From Candidatus Latescibacterota bacterium (GTDB lineage Bacteria > Latescibacterota > UBA2968 > UBA8231), in NCBI GenBank assembly GCA_965223905.1, contig CBDCXV010000010.1, positions 1,440,001-1,504,000 of the forward strand: 64,000 nt of DNA, in the 5' to 3' direction. The notes below the pieces were generated by a model. The model was not told where the DNA came from. It saw only the letters and a program-made list of their open reading frames with translations, and did no database searches. Position numbers and translations under genes: made by a program. Shown here piece by piece: positions 1 through 13,800 of this stretch. Numbering within the stretch: position 1 is the first letter of the stretch; each line of letters starts with the position of its first letter.

Positions 1-594
1 ATAGTCACGTCCAGAGACCCGTCGGCGTCCGACGCCTCGATGCCCGCTATTCGCGGTTCGCCGAACTCGAAGTCCGAGAGCTCGACCGCCGACATCTCCG
101 GCGAGAGGTTCTCCACGCCAGCGCAGGAACGCCCGCGCCTGAGCGTACAGATAGCCCGCCCTGCCCGGCCCGATCTCGTTCCGAGTCAACCCCCTAGGCT
201 TGCGTCTTTCCGCGAGGCTGGCTTCGATACGTTGGTCGACCTTCTCCTTGTCCCTGTCCATGTCCGGCAGGAGCTTGAGGATGAAGGCCGCACCCGACCT
301 GTACTTCGCCGGCCGGCCGATGCGCGCCGCGGCCATGTTCCCGTCGGCCTCCTGCCGCATGGCGTCCGCCTCGCCCGCCGCCTCGTCTCCGTCGACCGAG
401 CGACCGCAGACGAGGCACTTGATGCGGGTCCATCGGCCCGCCGCGTCCTTCGTTCCCGACACGGCCCCCCAGCAGTCACCACATCGCCCGCTGATGTCCA
501 CCGCGCGTGCCGGCCCCGGTTGACGATCATCCGCCGGGCGGTCCTCAAACTGCCGCCGCTCGTCGAAATCCTGTTGCTGCACTGCGTTTTCCAT
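1..594 (-). CDS. Hypothetical protein with two CxxC motifs (possible Zn ribbon); runs off the window start, possible frameshift near 125
   Basis: Manual translation from ATG at 594: MENAVQQQDFDERRQ...GRCGDCWGAV...RIKCLVCGR...ILKLLPDMDRDKEKVDQRIEASL. Near 125 another frame reads more protein-like (AGVENLSPEMSAVELSDFEF). Absent from the ORF track because it is open at the window edge. Confidence 0.45.
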   Translation of the reverse strand, partial: MENAVQQQDFDERRQFEDRPADDRQPGPARAVDISGRCGDCWGAVSGTKDAAGRWTRIKCLVCGRSVDGDEAAGEADAMRQEADGNMAAARIGRPAKYRSGAAFILKLLPDMDRDKEKVDQRIEASLAERRKPRGLTRNEIGPGRAGYLYAQARAFLRWRGEPLAGDVGGRALGLRVRRTANSGHRGVGRRRVSGRDY

Positions 595-641
595 CAGACA
601 CCCTCGGGTCTCCGATCATGGCCGGAATAGCTTGACCAGAT

Positions 642-870
642 GTATTAAGAAAAATAAGGGGCCGATATAAGTACGATGCCGTTCGCTGAGAACTTGGCGC
701 AAGGGTACTTCTCAGGCGACCGCCACAGGACGGACAACCGCTGAGGTCGGCGGAAAACACCCGGGCCAGCAGGACCACCCACCCCAGTCGATTGCCGCAA
801 GACAGACCGCTTCGAAACGCTGTCCACAACGGTCCATGGCTCAACCGGCTTGGTAGGCACGACGAGCCGG
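642..870 (-). mobile_element. Diverged, internally deleted ISCR/IS91-family remnant with oriIS-like end
   Basis: Minus strand encodes LLARVFSADLSGCPSCGGRL, homologous to the copies at 24755 and 38377. It then jumps to ...atatcggccccttatttttcttaatac, a variant of the ...gatatcggtgccttatttttcctatac end at 25385. Confidence 0.75.
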
Positions 871-902
871 AATCCCTTGTCCCGAAACGAGAACCCCGTT
901 AA

Positions 903-3101
<2,199 letters not shown>

Positions 3102-3109
3102 TCTCGACG

Positions 3110-3666
3110 GGTCCTCTCCCGGCTGAGCTGCGGCCCCGATCCGGGGTGTTGGGTGCCTTTTTTCGTCTTGCGATTCGCCGGGAGCGTATAGCCGAGCTCG
3201 TGCAACAGCCGTGGACGAGGCGGGGACTCACCGAATGGCCCAGGGCCTGCAACTCGGCGGTCAACTTGCGGATGCTCTTGGATGTCCATCGCAGGGGGCT
3301 GTCGTCCGGCGCCCCGGCGGTGACCGGTTCGAGCAGGGCGTTGAGGTCCTACAACAGCGTCAGGTCGGTGTCGACGCGCCGCTTGCGGCCGCCGCACACG
3401 GCCCGGTTCTAACGGGGCGTCCGACCGCAGTTCCTCCAGGCCGCGAGCGATTCGGGTCCCCGACATCCCGGTCGCCCGGGCCACCACGGCAATGCCCCCA
3501 TGTCCCAGCGCTTGCGCCTCGGCGGCGGCCCACAGGCGTCGCGTGCGCTCTTTCAACACCGGCGTCAAGGCTTCGTATTTCGTCCGCAGCGTGCTTTCCG
3601 CGTCCACCCATCAAGGAGAACACCCTTCCATCCAAAAGTACAGCCTTTATTTCTCCACGATGCCTT
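3110..3666 (-). pseudogene. ISAzo13-family transposase remnant (5' part, frameshifted and truncated)
   Basis: YEALTPVLKERTRRLWAAAEAQALGHGGIAVVARATG, then in other frames LRWTSKSIRKL and LGYTLPANRKTKKG..HP. The DDE core is missing. Putative left end near 3666. Confidence 0.8.
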
Positions 3667-3882
3667 AGGTCGCTTGGCGAGAAAAGCCAGGTTGCCGTTT
3701 CCGCAGTACGTATAGCGATAACTGCATGCATTTACTGTGATATGAGCGCCTCGGGGCAAGGTCGAGTAGCTCAGCCATTCGGCTTCGCCCTCACATATTC
3801 GTCAATATCGGGGATACGGTCTCTCCCCGGAAAACAGCAGGAACCTGGGAAAGAGAACCGAAGCTGATACACGGAGAACGAA

Positions 3883-5427
3883 ATGACGCTAAAAAAAAGA
3901 ACTTCAGAAATCATCAGACGGCTGAATGAAGGAATCCATGAAAGAGAAGAAATTATCGCGGTTTCGTTCCTGGCCGCATTGTCAGATCAGAACATCTTCC
4001 TGTTTGGACCTCCCGGTACGGCGAAGAGCCTGATCGCCCGCCGCATAGCCCTCGCCTTTGAAACCAGGAGTTATTTCGAATACTTGATGCATCGGTTCAG
4101 TACGCCGGAGGATGTATTTGGTCCCGTCTCGATTACTGAACTGAAAAAAGACAACTTCCTACGCAAGACGGAGGGGTTCCTGCCCCGGTCCGATTTCGCG
4201 TTTCTGGACGAAATCTGGAAATCAAGTCCTTCGATCCTGAATACGCTCCTGACGATCATCAATGAAAAACGGTTCCGCAACGGTACGGAGGTAGAAAGCG
4301 CCCAGCTGAAAGCGTTGATTGCGGCTTCGAACGAGACACCTCCACCCGGACAGGGGCTGGACGCATTGTATGACCGTTTTCTCGTCCGACTTAACGTTGC
4401 ACCGATGGAAGAAGTGCCGAATTTCAACGCCCTGCTGAAGTCCAAGCCCACCCTCCCAGACATCAAACTGCCGGCAGCTCTGGCCATAAAGCACGAGGAA
4501 TGGGAAGAATGGGGAAAACGGCTCCACGAAGTAGACCTCTCGGAAGAAGTCTTTGCCGTAATACGGGATATACGACTGGCCTGCGAAGAAAAGGGAAAGG
4601 AACTGGATGTCTATGCATCGGACCGACGCTGGCAGAGAGCTGCCATTCTGCTTAAGGCAGCTGCGTTCTTCTGCGGCAGAGACGAAGTGAATCTCGTCGA
4701 CTGTTTGTTGTTGCGCCATTGTCTTTGGACCACGAAGGAAAACTACGAAGAGGTAGTTAAAATCGTCGAAGACGCCGTGAGAAACCGCGGTTTTGAGACA
4801 GGATTCAGCCTTCATGAGATCGATGCGGAGAAAGAGGAGTTGGAAAAGGAAATCAACAAGGAACTCTATCATAGAGCAGACGTTTACAAGACCTCGAAGG
4901 TTGGCAATAGGAAATGTTTCGAATGCAGAGAAGTGCCTTCTAGGCGTTATCATACTGAAAAAAGAACCCGAACCTTCTATATTCCAACCGGTGAGATGAA
5001 GGGGAGTGATCAGTTTAATCCAATAGACAAGAACGGAAACATACTCGACGATATAAGATGTCGCTTCGACGGCCAGGGTACCTGCCAAATAGAAATTAAA
5101 AATGCCAGTTATTACAATGATTGGAATACAGTCAACTCGTTCACACCCAAGGTGTTGTTTCATAAAGGCGACCGGAAAACAGGCGTCAACGCGAGGCTCA
5201 TTGAATCACTACATACCGCGGTGGACGAACTCCGTCGAAAGCTGGATTCGATCATAGAGCAAATCGAAGCCAGGTCGATCGAACTCAAGGAAGATGTGGA
5301 GACGCCTTTCGTTCCTGTAAGGATCCGCGACATTGCTTTGGAAGGCGTCGACATGCAGTTGAAGGATATGAAGCTGAGGCGTAAAGACTGTGACCGTTTG
5401 AGCAGCATGATAGGTGAACTAGAATGA
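3883..5427 (+). CDS. MoxR-family AAA+ ATPase, RavA-like
   Basis: Walker A FGPPGTAKS, YFEYLMHRFSTPEDVFGP, Walker B FLDEIWKSSPSILNTLL, ASNE, LYDRF and SDRRW, all typical of RavA. GGAGA RBS upstream; lower GC than the flanks. Confidence 0.9.
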   Translation: MTLKKRTSEIIRRLNEGIHEREEIIAVSFLAALSDQNIFLFGPPGTAKSLIARRIALAFETRSYFEYLMHRFSTPEDVFGPVSITELKKDNFLRKTEGFLPRSDFAFLDEIWKSSPSILNTLLTIINEKRFRNGTEVESAQLKALIAASNETPPPGQGLDALYDRFLVRLNVAPMEEVPNFNALLKSKPTLPDIKLPAALAIKHEEWEEWGKRLHEVDLSEEVFAVIRDIRLACEEKGKELDVYASDRRWQRAAILLKAAAFFCGRDEVNLVDCLLLRHCLWTTKENYEEVVKIVEDAVRNRGFETGFSLHEIDAEKEELEKEINKELYHRADVYKTSKVGNRKCFECREVPSRRYHTEKRTRTFYIPTGEMKGSDQFNPIDKNGNILDDIRCRFDGQGTCQIEIKNASYYNDWNTVNSFTPKVLFHKGDRKTGVNARLIESLHTAVDELRRKLDSIIEQIEARSIELKEDVETPFVPVRIRDIALEGVDMQLKDMKLRRKDCDRLSSMIGELE

Positions 5428-6971
5428 ACGAGAATCCGGTACTGATGAGTTCCCAGGTTATGTTGAACGAAATTTTGCAGGAGTTTCCGGTAGCAAAGGA
5501 GGAAAGCGTTGCCACTCGGTTGAAGGAGGAAGTAGAAACTGAACAAAGGAGAATACACAGGCGGCTGGAACGGGACAACCCTTTCATTGAGAACGCCAGA
5601 GTCCTGCAACTCGCGGAGAACGACTTGGAAACGAAGAAGTGGATACGGGTCGACCAGTTGGAGCAGGACCTTCAGCATTTCGAATCGTTGGCTAAGCAGA
5701 CAGGCTCGAGGATAGATAAGAAGTACTGGTTGTCGGAGATCGGCAAGCTCAAGGCAAACCAGGAGAGCCGAACCGGGCCGATAGCTATTACAGACAGAGA
5801 TAATTCAAGCCTCGGTGAAACTGACGGAGACAAATCAGACGGGTCAAACGAGCAGGCGGCTCTTTGTCGTGCGCTCTTGTTGCAGCGTTGGAGAAGACTG
5901 TTAGAAGAACAGACCGCAAGATGGGAATTGGAAACGATCCAGGATCTCAGACGGAAGCTACTGAACAAATTGAAGGTATGGCTGGAGAAACTCCAGGTGC
6001 TCGCAGATACCCTGGACAGTTTATCCATTGAACCGGGTTTGCTGTTCGACCTGGCAAACGACAACCTGTCGCTGTCAGACGTTGAGCAATTGAAAAAGTG
6101 GGTGTCGTACATTTCGGAAGATAAAGGCGTTAGGGAATTATGCGACCTGGTGGGGCGGCTCCGTCGCGCAGACAGGACGAAGCGTCAGGAGCTTGTCAGA
6201 ACGGGATTGACCATGACAGAATACGTTCCTGACGTGAATTCCAAAGAGGAAATCGTAGGCGTTTATTGGGGCAATGACATTGAACGTGCACTACCCCAGG
6301 AAATCACCCTTCTTTCCGACGAGGAAACTTCCGTCCTGTTTGACGTGAAATTGGCAGAAGGTCGCCTGATGTGTTTCGAAATGGAGGGCAGGCGGTCGCG
6401 TTTTTATGAAGTGGAAGAAGAACTGGTGACCGAGATTGAAGACGAGAAAGCGGGCCCTGTCATCATTTGTGTCGATACCAGCGGTTCCATGAAAGGCTCA
6501 CCGGAAACCGTTGCCAAAGCCGTCACCTTGTACATGGCGACCCGGGCTGTATCCGGAAAAAGAGACTGTTTTCTGATCAGCTTTTCCACGGGCGTAGAAA
6601 CGTTAGATCTGTCGGGAAAGATCGGCATTGCCAAGGTGATCGAGTTCTTACGGCGTTCATTTCACGGAGGAACGGACGTCAGCCCAGCATTGACCCATGC
6701 CATCAGAATGATGGAAGACAGACGGTACCAGCGGTCTGATCTACTTGTCATATCGGATTTCATCATGGCTTCGGTACCTGAGTCTTTGCATGAAGAAATC
6801 CGGAAGGCTAAAGAAAACAAGAATCGTTTCTACTCTTTGTCCATCGGGGATCTGTTCCTGAGTCGACGCCTGAAAGAGATATTTGACAATGAATGGGTTT
6901 ACGATCCTGGCAACTCCAGTATTCGTTCAATTCAAACGATCGCAAGCACCATCCAATGTCCCGTAACGTGA
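5424..6971 (+). CDS. VWA-domain protein, ViaA-like
   Basis: ATGA overlap with the ATPase gene. GNDIERALPQE, MIDAS motif GPVIICVDTSGSMKG, FHGGTD and LLVISDF. Confidence 0.88.
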   Translation: MNENPVLMSSQVMLNEILQEFPVAKEESVATRLKEEVETEQRRIHRRLERDNPFIENARVLQLAENDLETKKWIRVDQLEQDLQHFESLAKQTGSRIDKKYWLSEIGKLKANQESRTGPIAITDRDNSSLGETDGDKSDGSNEQAALCRALLLQRWRRLLEEQTARWELETIQDLRRKLLNKLKVWLEKLQVLADTLDSLSIEPGLLFDLANDNLSLSDVEQLKKWVSYISEDKGVRELCDLVGRLRRADRTKRQELVRTGLTMTEYVPDVNSKEEIVGVYWGNDIERALPQEITLLSDEETSVLFDVKLAEGRLMCFEMEGRRSRFYEVEEELVTEIEDEKAGPVIICVDTSGSMKGSPETVAKAVTLYMATRAVSGKRDCFLISFSTGVETLDLSGKIGIAKVIEFLRRSFHGGTDVSPALTHAIRMMEDRRYQRSDLLVISDFIMASVPESLHEEIRKAKENKNRFYSLSIGDLFLSRRLKEIFDNEWVYDPGNSSIRSIQTIASTIQCPVT

Positions 6972-7070
6972 TGAATAGCTGATGGCAGCCTTACCTCTGG
7001 TCTGAAGTACTGCTTTTGCATTGCGGGGGCATGAAGTGCGCCCCCGCGGTGCGTTTTCGAGCGAGGCGTC

Positions 7071-9435
7071 ATGGAGCTCATCGACAACGACTATTGGTGG
7101 AAGTGCCTGGTCCTGGACTGCCCGGCTGGCGCAGCTGACCTGATTGCCCGGGTCCGGGTTCGCCAGCCCCAGGGATACGTCCAGGAGCTGACGGTTGACG
7201 AGGTGGAGGTGCGGGACGGCAAGGCCCGCGTCCCCATCCTCTATCCGATGGTCGACGACGGGCGCTACGACCCCATGCCCGGCCTCTGGGAGGACAGCTG
7301 GCTCATGGGAGAGTACCGCTTCGACGTGCAGCTGATGGCCGGGGGCCGCGCGATCGCCTCCGGGTCCACCACCCTCGACCCACACGACTTCTTCCCCTCC
7401 GACCGCATGGTCATCGCCGTCGACGCCCGGCCGCAGATCATCGAGTGCGCGCCGCGGCAGGCCCTGTTCATCGATGAGGACGAGGCCCGCTTCCTCTACC
7501 GCATCCGCCGCCATCGCGTCTCCCGCTGCGAGGTGGAGGCGGACGTCACCACCCGGGAAGGCTTCGCCCCCCTGGCCGGCCCCTGGCGCCTGAGCCTGAC
7601 CCACGAGCTGCAGGAGCACTCCTTCTCCATCGCCGGCTGGGGCACGGGGGAATACTGGATCCGCCTGCGGCCGCTGGTGGAAGGCGAGCCGGTGGGGCCC
7701 TGGTGCGTGCGCAAGTTCTGGAAGCAGGCCGGCGCCGGGCCGCCGCCGCCGGAAGTGCTGGAGCTGGCCGGCTATCCCGAGGTGCTGGTCGACGACTACA
7801 GCTTCGAGGAGGCCGAGGGCGTCCAGTTCGTCCCCGACACCATGGACAAGAACCCGGCGCCCCTGGCCGCCACCACCGAGCCCCACGACGAGGAGATGCT
7901 CGGCCTCGAGTCCGTGTCCTGGAACGAGGAGGCCGGTCGCTACGAGGCCGTCTACCGCAACGGCGGCGGGCGCATCGAGCGGGAAGAGACGCGCGGGGAG
8001 CGCAGCCGCCTGCGCATGCTGCTGGTCAGCGAGGACGGCGAGAGCTGGGAGAAACCGGCCCTCGGCCTCGTCGAGTACGACGGCTCCACGGCCAACAACA
8101 TCCTCAGCGACGACCGCCGCCCCACCCCTGCGGAACGGGAGACGGCGCACGCCCTGGAGCACGCCGGGTTCCGCTTCTACGACGCGCAGAGGGACGGCCC
8201 CGTCGACCTCGACCGCGTCTTCATCGCCTCGGCCAAGGAGGATTTCCCCTCCCGCTGCAGGAGCCTCGAAAACCAGGACGGAGACGGCGGAGAAAGCGGG
8301 GCCTTCCGCCCCCGCAAGGGGGAGTTCTGGCCCTTCGAGCAGCGCGGCGACCTCTATCTCGTGCTGACGCGGGAGCCGGTCCTCTACCTCGGCGTCGGCA
8401 TGGACCTGATGCACACGAGCGAGACCATCCGCTGCCATGTGGAGGAGTCGGACGGCAGGCGCCTTCACTTCTACTTCCGTCCCGCCTCGCCCGCCTATCC
8501 CCCCCCACGGCGCCACCTACGACAACATGCACCTGGCCCTGCGCTGCCTGGCGGTCATGTCCACCGCCGACGGCATCACCTACGACCGCCGCTTCGTGCT
8601 GGGTCCGGACGGACACGACAGGCTGGGGTCCCAGTTCTACGCCATGGGGCTCATGCAGCGCTTCGGCACCCCGGGGGACGCGCCGGGCCGCCCCGCGCTC
8701 CACAGGGGGAAGCACAAGGTCAACCAGGCCTTCCCGCGGCGTAACCTCTACCTCGGCTCGGTGCTGCTACACTGGGGGATCGAGCAGACCCAGGAGCCGG
8801 AGCTGATCTGGAGCCGCGACCTGCTGCACTTCAAGCGCTTCACCGGGCAGCGCCGCAGCCTCATCGAGTCCAACGGCCCGGGCACCTACGACTTCGGCAT
8901 GATCCGCGACATCTATATGTACAGCGAGCTCGGCGGCCAGTGGTGGTATCACTACACGGCCATCAACACGCGCCACAACGGCTACGGGATCATGTCCGGG
9001 TGGCAGGACCTGGAGGAGTTCCGCCGCACCTGCCCCAACCACGCCGACGCCCCCTACTTCACCACCTGGGAGGGCTACTGGGCGGACGGCAAGGAGACGC
9101 GCTACCAGCCGGCCTTCGCCCGCTGCCTGCCCTTCCGGGTGGCCCACGCCGAGCCCGTCGACGGGTGCGGCTTTCTCGGCACCCGCCCGGTCCGCGTGGA
9201 CGGAGACGAGCTGCGCCTCAACGCCGCCACCGACCGGGGCGGCTCCATCCGCGTCGAGCTGGCCGACGAGGCGGGCGATCCCCTGGGACCGGAGCCGGCG
9301 ATCTTCGAGGGGGACGCCGTGGACGCGGTGGTCGCCGACCTGGCCCCCTGGCGGGGACAGGCCGTGCGCCTGCGGTTCACCCTCGACCGCGCCCGTCTCT
9401 ACGCTTTCCGGATTGCCGCGCGGGAGCAGCAGTGA
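7071..9435 (+). CDS. Large hypothetical protein, possibly a beta-propeller glycoside hydrolase-like protein, split by a +1 frameshift in a C8 run near 8499-8506
   Basis: ORFs 7071-8744 and 8437-9435 join in frame if one C is removed (PAYPP|HGATYDNMH). Contains SEDGESWEKPALGLVEYDGSTANNIL and the C-terminal LRLNAAT..GGSIRVEL...LRFTLDRARLYAF. Confidence 0.65.
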
Positions 9436-10817
9436 TGACTGCAGCCGAAGCCGATTTCCGGGACCAGGGCTCCAGAGCCGGGGCCGGCCACCCGAAGCCG
9501 GATGCCGGAATGGAAACGGGTCCGGACCGGGAGGTGATCCTCACCCTGGACCACGGCGTGCTCCTCATGCACGATCCCCGGGCAGCGGAGGCCGCCTACA
9601 TCGACGAGATCTTCGAGAAGGCCAGCCGCCGTCAGGTGAGGACCATCCTCTGGCGGACCCTTGCTGGCGCCCGGGGGCTCTACCGCAGCCGCTCGGTGCC
9701 GAGCCTTGCGGACCAGTCGGAGGCGTGGGAGCAACTGCTGTCGGGCATGGACCCACTCGAGGCCGCCGTCGACAGCGCCCGGCGCCACGGCATCCGTCTC
9801 TTCGCCTGGGCGACCCTGCAGGACTTCCACATCGTCCGCCACTGGGGGCGCAACACCTCCCCCTTCTACGACGAGCGCCCCCATCTCTACTGGGCCGGTC
9901 TCGAGGGCAGCAGCCACCATCCCGGGATTCCCTGCTACGCCTACGGAGAGGCCCGGCGGTACTACCTCGACCACCTCGAAGAGGTGCGGGAGTACGGCGT
10001 GGACGGCCTCTTCGTCTGCTTCCGCAGCCATGCCGGCGAGCCGGACGAGGACGACGGGTTCGGCTACAACGAGCCCTGGCTCGAGCAGCTGCGCGAGGAG
10101 ACGGGGGTCGACGCCCCGCCGGCGCGCATCCGGGAGCTACCCTGGCTGGCCTGGCGGCTGCAGAGGATCCGCGGCGACTCGTACACGGTGCTGTTGAGGG
10201 AGGTCCGTGAGGCGGCGGGGACCCTGCCGGTCTGGGTGGGCACCGCGGAGAAGCCGGACATCCTCATCGCCGGCCACTCGGAGAAAGAGAACCCGGAGCG
10301 GGCCCTGCTGCGGGCGTGCCTGGACCTGAGCAGGTGGTGCCGGGAGGACCTGGTGGACGCAGTGGTCGTGGTGACCAGCCGCCTCAACCCCTGCGACCCG
10401 TCGGTGGGGGAGGTCTACCGCAACACCACGGCCCGCTTCGGCAAGAAGCTGTATACTTGGCTCAACATGATCTGCCACTTCCACGACGTAGAGGGAAACC
10501 TGTCCAAGCGGACGCCGACGCCGCGGGAGCTGCGCGGCATCGTCCGGGCGGCGGGGCGCTGCCGCATCGACGGCCTCGTGCTGCACGAGACCGCGGACCT
10601 GGAGACCTCCTACCTGAGGATCTACGTCGACGGCAGGAAACAGGTGACCAACGCTCCCCATCCGGACCGCGAGGCCCAGGAACTGGTCGGTCGGTGCACG
10701 GTTTCAGGGCGGCCTCGCATGGATGAGGGTCTGCCAGTGCCTTTCGAACCCGAGCCCGAACCGGAGCCGGATCCTCGTTTCATCGAGGAATACGCCCCCA
10801 GATCGGCCCCGTGGTAA
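9435..10817 (+). CDS. Putative TIM-barrel glycoside hydrolase-like protein (GHL10/DUF187-like)
   Basis: TGATG coupling with the upstream gene. DPLEAAVDSARRHGIRLFAW, EYGVDGLFVCFRSH and FGYNEP. Confidence 0.55.
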   Translation: MTAAEADFRDQGSRAGAGHPKPDAGMETGPDREVILTLDHGVLLMHDPRAAEAAYIDEIFEKASRRQVRTILWRTLAGARGLYRSRSVPSLADQSEAWEQLLSGMDPLEAAVDSARRHGIRLFAWATLQDFHIVRHWGRNTSPFYDERPHLYWAGLEGSSHHPGIPCYAYGEARRYYLDHLEEVREYGVDGLFVCFRSHAGEPDEDDGFGYNEPWLEQLREETGVDAPPARIRELPWLAWRLQRIRGDSYTVLLREVREAAGTLPVWVGTAEKPDILIAGHSEKENPERALLRACLDLSRWCREDLVDAVVVVTSRLNPCDPSVGEVYRNTTARFGKKLYTWLNMICHFHDVEGNLSKRTPTPRELRGIVRAAGRCRIDGLVLHETADLETSYLRIYVDGRKQVTNAPHPDREAQELVGRCTVSGRPRMDEGLPVPFEPEPEPEPDPRFIEEYAPRSAPW

Positions 10818-10861
10818 CCGCCCTGGGGCGGATCCGCCGGGCAGGATTGGAGAAAGAGGAA

Positions 10862-13800
10862 ATGACTCTCGGATACAAGGGTTCCGTTGCCGCCCTGTTG
10901 GTGGTGACCGCCATACTCCCTGCCTCCCGGGCAGCCGGGACTCTTCCCGGGGAACCCCGCCCCCTGCCCTCCCCGCTTTGCAGCATCGAGGCATCCCTTT
11001 CCTCCGGGAGCGCTTCCCTGTTCGAGGGTGAAGGACCCTGGGCGCCCCCGGCCCCGGCCGGAAAAATGGTGGCAGAGACATGTGAGTCCGTCCACGTCTC
11101 CGCCCTCGCCGGGGAGGACCTGATCGACTACCTGCGGACCACCTCCGAGGTTTGCCTCCAGCGCACTCTGCGCACCTCCGAGAATCCATCCATACGAGGG
11201 GACCTGCCCACCATCTTCAGCGACGCCAACATGCAGTCGGTGTTCGCTGAAATCGAAGAGTCCGCGCCCGCATACGACGGCACCAACAGCACCGGGATAC
11301 TTCAGCTCTGGTTCTTCGTCGAGACCGGCTACACCTACCACAGGTTCTTCCAGGGCAGGACGGGAGTCGGACCGTTCAACGAAGCGACCGCAATCTCCTA
11401 CCTGGCCGCGTCCGACGCTTTTGCCGCCAGCGACCACTTCAATGCCCCCAACGACGAGGCCGCCCGGATTCTGGTCTACTACTTCCAGACCGCCTACAGC
11501 TTCGGAATGCGGGAGAATCACCTGGCGCCCGTCAAGCAGGTCCTGTCCGGGCTGACACCCGAGCGGGCAGACGGAGATTCCGGGGAATGGAAACCTCAAC
11601 CCTGGGCTTTCATCACGGTCTTACAGCGGGTACACAACGCGCTTACGGACTACAACCAGACATTCATCCAAGCCCTCGCACAAGACCCGGAATTCGTCGA
11701 CGTCATGCTGCAGGTCACCCGGTACGACTTCTTCTTCCTGCTTGAAGACGACCATCCTTACACTCCCCGGCTGCGCATGTTGCAAATGGCTGTTGAGATA
11801 CTGGTTCGACTTACTGACCAAGCCAGTCTTCGACAATCCGCCATTGATGCCCTGACCTCCGTCCTCTCCTGGCACGAGCGCCTCAGCACTGGCTTTCTGG
11901 TCGCCGCGCAAGGCCTGGAAAACCAGGTCGACTGCGCCAGCCTCGACATCTGCCGGGACGCGCTGGAGGAAGAGATACTCACCCAGGCCCTTCCCAACAC
12001 CTACAGCTTCGACAACGGCGAGCTGGTGCTCGTGACTTCCCTGGAGCTGGAGGAGGCGGGACCCTTGTACCAGGCGGCAAAGGAGGTGCAGTCGCAGTTC
12101 TTCCGGCTGGCGGAAACCGACCGGCCCGTGCGCGAGGGAACGGAGGTGTTCACGGCAAGGATCTACGGCACACGCACCGGGTACACGGTCTACGAGAGAT
12201 ACCTGTCCAACGTTGACACTCGCGGAATCTACCAGAGCGGCTTCTACAGTCTTGGCGCCATGCGCACGTTTGTGAGAGACGACCTGGAGGAGGTGTTCCG
12301 CCACGAGTACGTGCACTACCTGGCCGACCGCTTCGGACTGCTGTTCGACAGTCCCTGGTTCGACGAAGGTCTGGCGGAATTTCTCCTGGGCAGCACCGGC
12401 ACCGAGGGCGTTCCCGTTCCCCCGGTTCTGGCATTCCAGATAGACAGGGACTTAGAGGACCGGCTCAGTCTCTCCGAGCTCTTCGATTCCCAGTACAGCG
12501 GAGACCTCGGCGGCGGCCGTTTCTACACCTACGCCGGCCTCTTTTTCCATTTCATGCACCAACAACGTCGCACCCAGTTGCTCGAACTTCTCGACCTGGT
12601 ACGCGGCGGAGACCGGGAGGCCTACAGCATCCTGCTCGCTGCCTGGGCTGAAGACGCCCAGCTGGGCGCGGATTACGCGGCTTTTATCGCTGCGGAGTTC
12701 GACAACCTCGATTGGTCGGAGGGGTTTTCCATTACTACTCCATTCCCTCGGTTGGAGGCACTTTCCAGCGACAGCGCCGAGGAGATCGGCAATGCCCTGC
12801 GTGACATAAACGGCAACCTCGACCTGGACTGCCGATCCGCCGAGACCGAGTTCGGACAGCGCTTCGAGTGCTCCGGCTCCCTGTCTCCCGATTCCCTTTT
12901 CAACGAAGACCGCGGCGCCCTCAACAGGCACTTCAACAACCTGCTGGACGGCTTCATGGCAAGCGCCATAGAGCAGGGGAAGATCAACAACTTCCAGTTC
13001 ATGACCTGCTACTTCGCCAACCTGACGGGCAGTCCCCCGGTTGCCGACCTCTCCTGCGAAGGGCCGCTGCGGCCTGAAGGTCTGGCGGCCGCACAGGTGG
13101 ACTTGAAAACCACCCTGGTCAGCCAGAGCGGCAGCTCGGCAAACGTGGGAGGGGATCTCATCCTGTGGGCATCGCTGGACTTCCCTCAACAATCGGCTGC
13201 CAATGTCACCCTGACCTGGTCGGCCAGCCTGCCGGTACGGTTTTCCGCCATCGTCGACGGCTGGGTTTGGTGCGATATCTTCGGCAAGCCCGGGCAGGCT
13301 GGAGCGCATACATGCGGCCACATCGACAAGGGGGAAACCGAACTGCCGCTGAGGATCGAGCTGAACATGGTTCCTCTGCAGGCCGGAACTCTCGATTTCT
13401 CCGTTCAGTTCTCGTCGGACGAGGTGGAGATCGAACCGGAAGACAACGGCGCATCCCTGCAGTTCGAGATCTCGAAAACTCCGGAAGAGATCGCCACCCT
13501 TGAGGGGCATACTTCAGGGGTCCTTGCCGTAGCGTTCTCGACCGACGGGACGATGCTCGCCTCCGGGGCCGCAGACAGCACCGTCAAGCTGTGGGACGTC
13601 GAGACGCGGACCCATACCGCCACCCTCTCCGGACATACGGATCTCGTCCTTTCCGTGGCCTTGTCATTGGATGGATCGATGCTCGCTGCCGGAGCCGAGG
13701 ACGGCACCGTCAAGCTGTGGGACCTCGAGACACGGACGAATACCGCCACCTTCGAGGGACATACGAACCGCGTCTTCTCCGTGGCCTTTTCGCCCGACGG

